Shown here piece by piece: positions 62,557 through 64,000 of a stretch of 64,000 nt of DNA. This stretch comes from Raillietiella orientalis (taxonomy: Eukaryota): assembly GCA_036172245.1 (NCBI GenBank), contig JAYWIR010000065.1, positions 310,001-374,000 on the forward strand. Reading direction: 5' to 3'. Each line of letters starts with the position of its first letter. Position 1 is the stretch's first letter. Made by a program: the position numbers and the translations under genes. Below the pieces are notes generated by a model, which worked only from the letters and a program-made list of their open reading frames with translations, searched no databases and was not told where the DNA came from.

Positions 62557-64000
62557 TCAGCGAGCGTTTCACGTAAAGGATGAGCTGGAATGCTGCGAAG
62601 GAGAAATCTCAGGAACCGAAGACGAACCGAATCGGCAAATCTCGAATCGGATGATGCGTATCTTTGTTCCACTATGCTTGAGGGTACGAAGCGTTTTACT
62701 GAGCACGCTGAGTAGAATTTCCGTAAGCTGGAATCTGGGTTCGACATCATGCATATCAAGAGAAGATGCTTGTCGTCCCGGATGAATCTGTGAATCTGCA
62801 TGGGTTTTTTTTTTGTTGGCGGGCAACACACGCAACTGGTGTGACAGTAAGAAAGGTGCAAAACAAAATGCGATCGACAGGAAACGAGGACGAAGAAACC
62901 GTGGTTCACTTTCACAAATATATTAGGAAATTTAGCGAAGCAAAGCAAAAGATTAACACCACCTTAGTTCAAGTTTCGGAAGTGACGCTGGGAATGCAGT
63001 TCTCTGCCTAGGATCAGTCCGGTCAAATAGAGGAGATGAAAACTGAGGTCACGGTTTTCCTTAATATCTTCGACGATCCTTCAATTTGGGGGAGCGTGGA
63101 CCGCTCATTTGAAATTCAATTTTGGCATCCTGACATCATGTTATAAAACTGTTAGTGGCTGAAATCACGCGTCAACCGCTGAGCTCCAGAGCACAGTCAG
63201 AGGACGGAAGCTAAGTGCTGTGCAGATTAGGAAGATTCTACTGGAAAATGAGCCCGCCCGGGTGCTGCTTTTTTTTTGTTTTTTTCATATTTTGCATCAG
63301 CTGATCGCTGCTCAAAACACACGCGGTTCGTTTATTCAAACCATCGGCTTGAGCAATGCTGTGTTCCTTTCCTGGTGTTTTTATTACAGATAGCACTCTC
63401 ATCCAATCCATCCTCAGAAGCAACATGCACTCTTGCTCGGAAAATTCATGTGCGACACGTTTGCTGGTGCAATACACCCAATGGACACGTTCCGTTCTTA
63501 ACCGCATCAATGCAGTATTTCTTCCAGCCTCTAGGATTCCGCCCCATACTCTGCCGGGCCTCACGGAAGAATCAGCGAGAATATTTATTGCTGGATGTAG
63601 CTTGGATCCAGTGACATCATAATGAAGTATTGCATTTTTCAGGATGATGCTTGAGTCTTTGAAAGCACGTAGTCTTATCTGACCATACGCTCTAGTAGAG
63701 CATTGAAATTCCATACTCTTCCGTTTACAATGAGAAATGTTTGCTGTTTCCTTTTCGTGCTTGTTCAGGTGGGAACAGGCAGCAGACAACATGTACAATT
63801 GTCTCTTCAGAATGACCCTGAGTGTGTCTCTGAAATGAAAACGAAACCTGACACAGAATAGTTTTCTCTCGTGATTATCTTCACTGTACAGTATATACTC
63901 TGTACTTCACTACTGTGCTTCGCACGTCCAAACGATTGCGACCATGAGGTGCTCTGGGCCACTGGAGTTTGCAGTTCTGGAGACTACTAGATGACCTTGG

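Noticed and set aside
63238..63798. 186 aa minus-strand ORF with overlapping plus-strand ORFs
   Set aside because: No recognisable motif or consistent splice structure.
1..64000. CRISPR arrays, operons or prokaryotic defence systems
   Set aside because: No regularly spaced repeats and no dense long ORFs. The DNA is clearly eukaryotic (spliceosomal introns, H2B, Scm, 28S, LINEs).

Overview
Eukaryotic genomic DNA, most likely arthropod, and mostly intronic or intergenic. One host gene is well supported: a + strand Dpr-like (defective proboscis extension response type) two-Ig-domain cell-surface gene. Three phase-compatible exons (5892-6052, 18401-18611, 29052-29333) are separated by introns of about 12 kb and 10 kb; its first and last exons could not be placed with confidence. 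The rest is littered with inserted or decayed sequence: a full-length but disrupted histone H2B pseudogene, a decayed Scm (Sex comb on midleg) SLED/SAM fragment, an ~800 bp 28S rRNA fragment, a 702 bp GC-rich SINE-like insert with a 13 bp TSD, six pieces of L1/Tx1-like non-LTR retrotransposons from two families (three with exact 13-17 bp TSDs, one nested in another), two ~100 bp hairpins, and a diverged ~210 bp direct repeat pair. I found no convincing new multi-gene system. The best leads are the structured, poly(A)-less LINE 3' ends, the structured SINE-like insert, the 28S copy ending near the hidden-break region, and an Scm-derived pseudo-exon that is in frame with the Dpr-like exon upstream. 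All calls were made by eye, without database searches.
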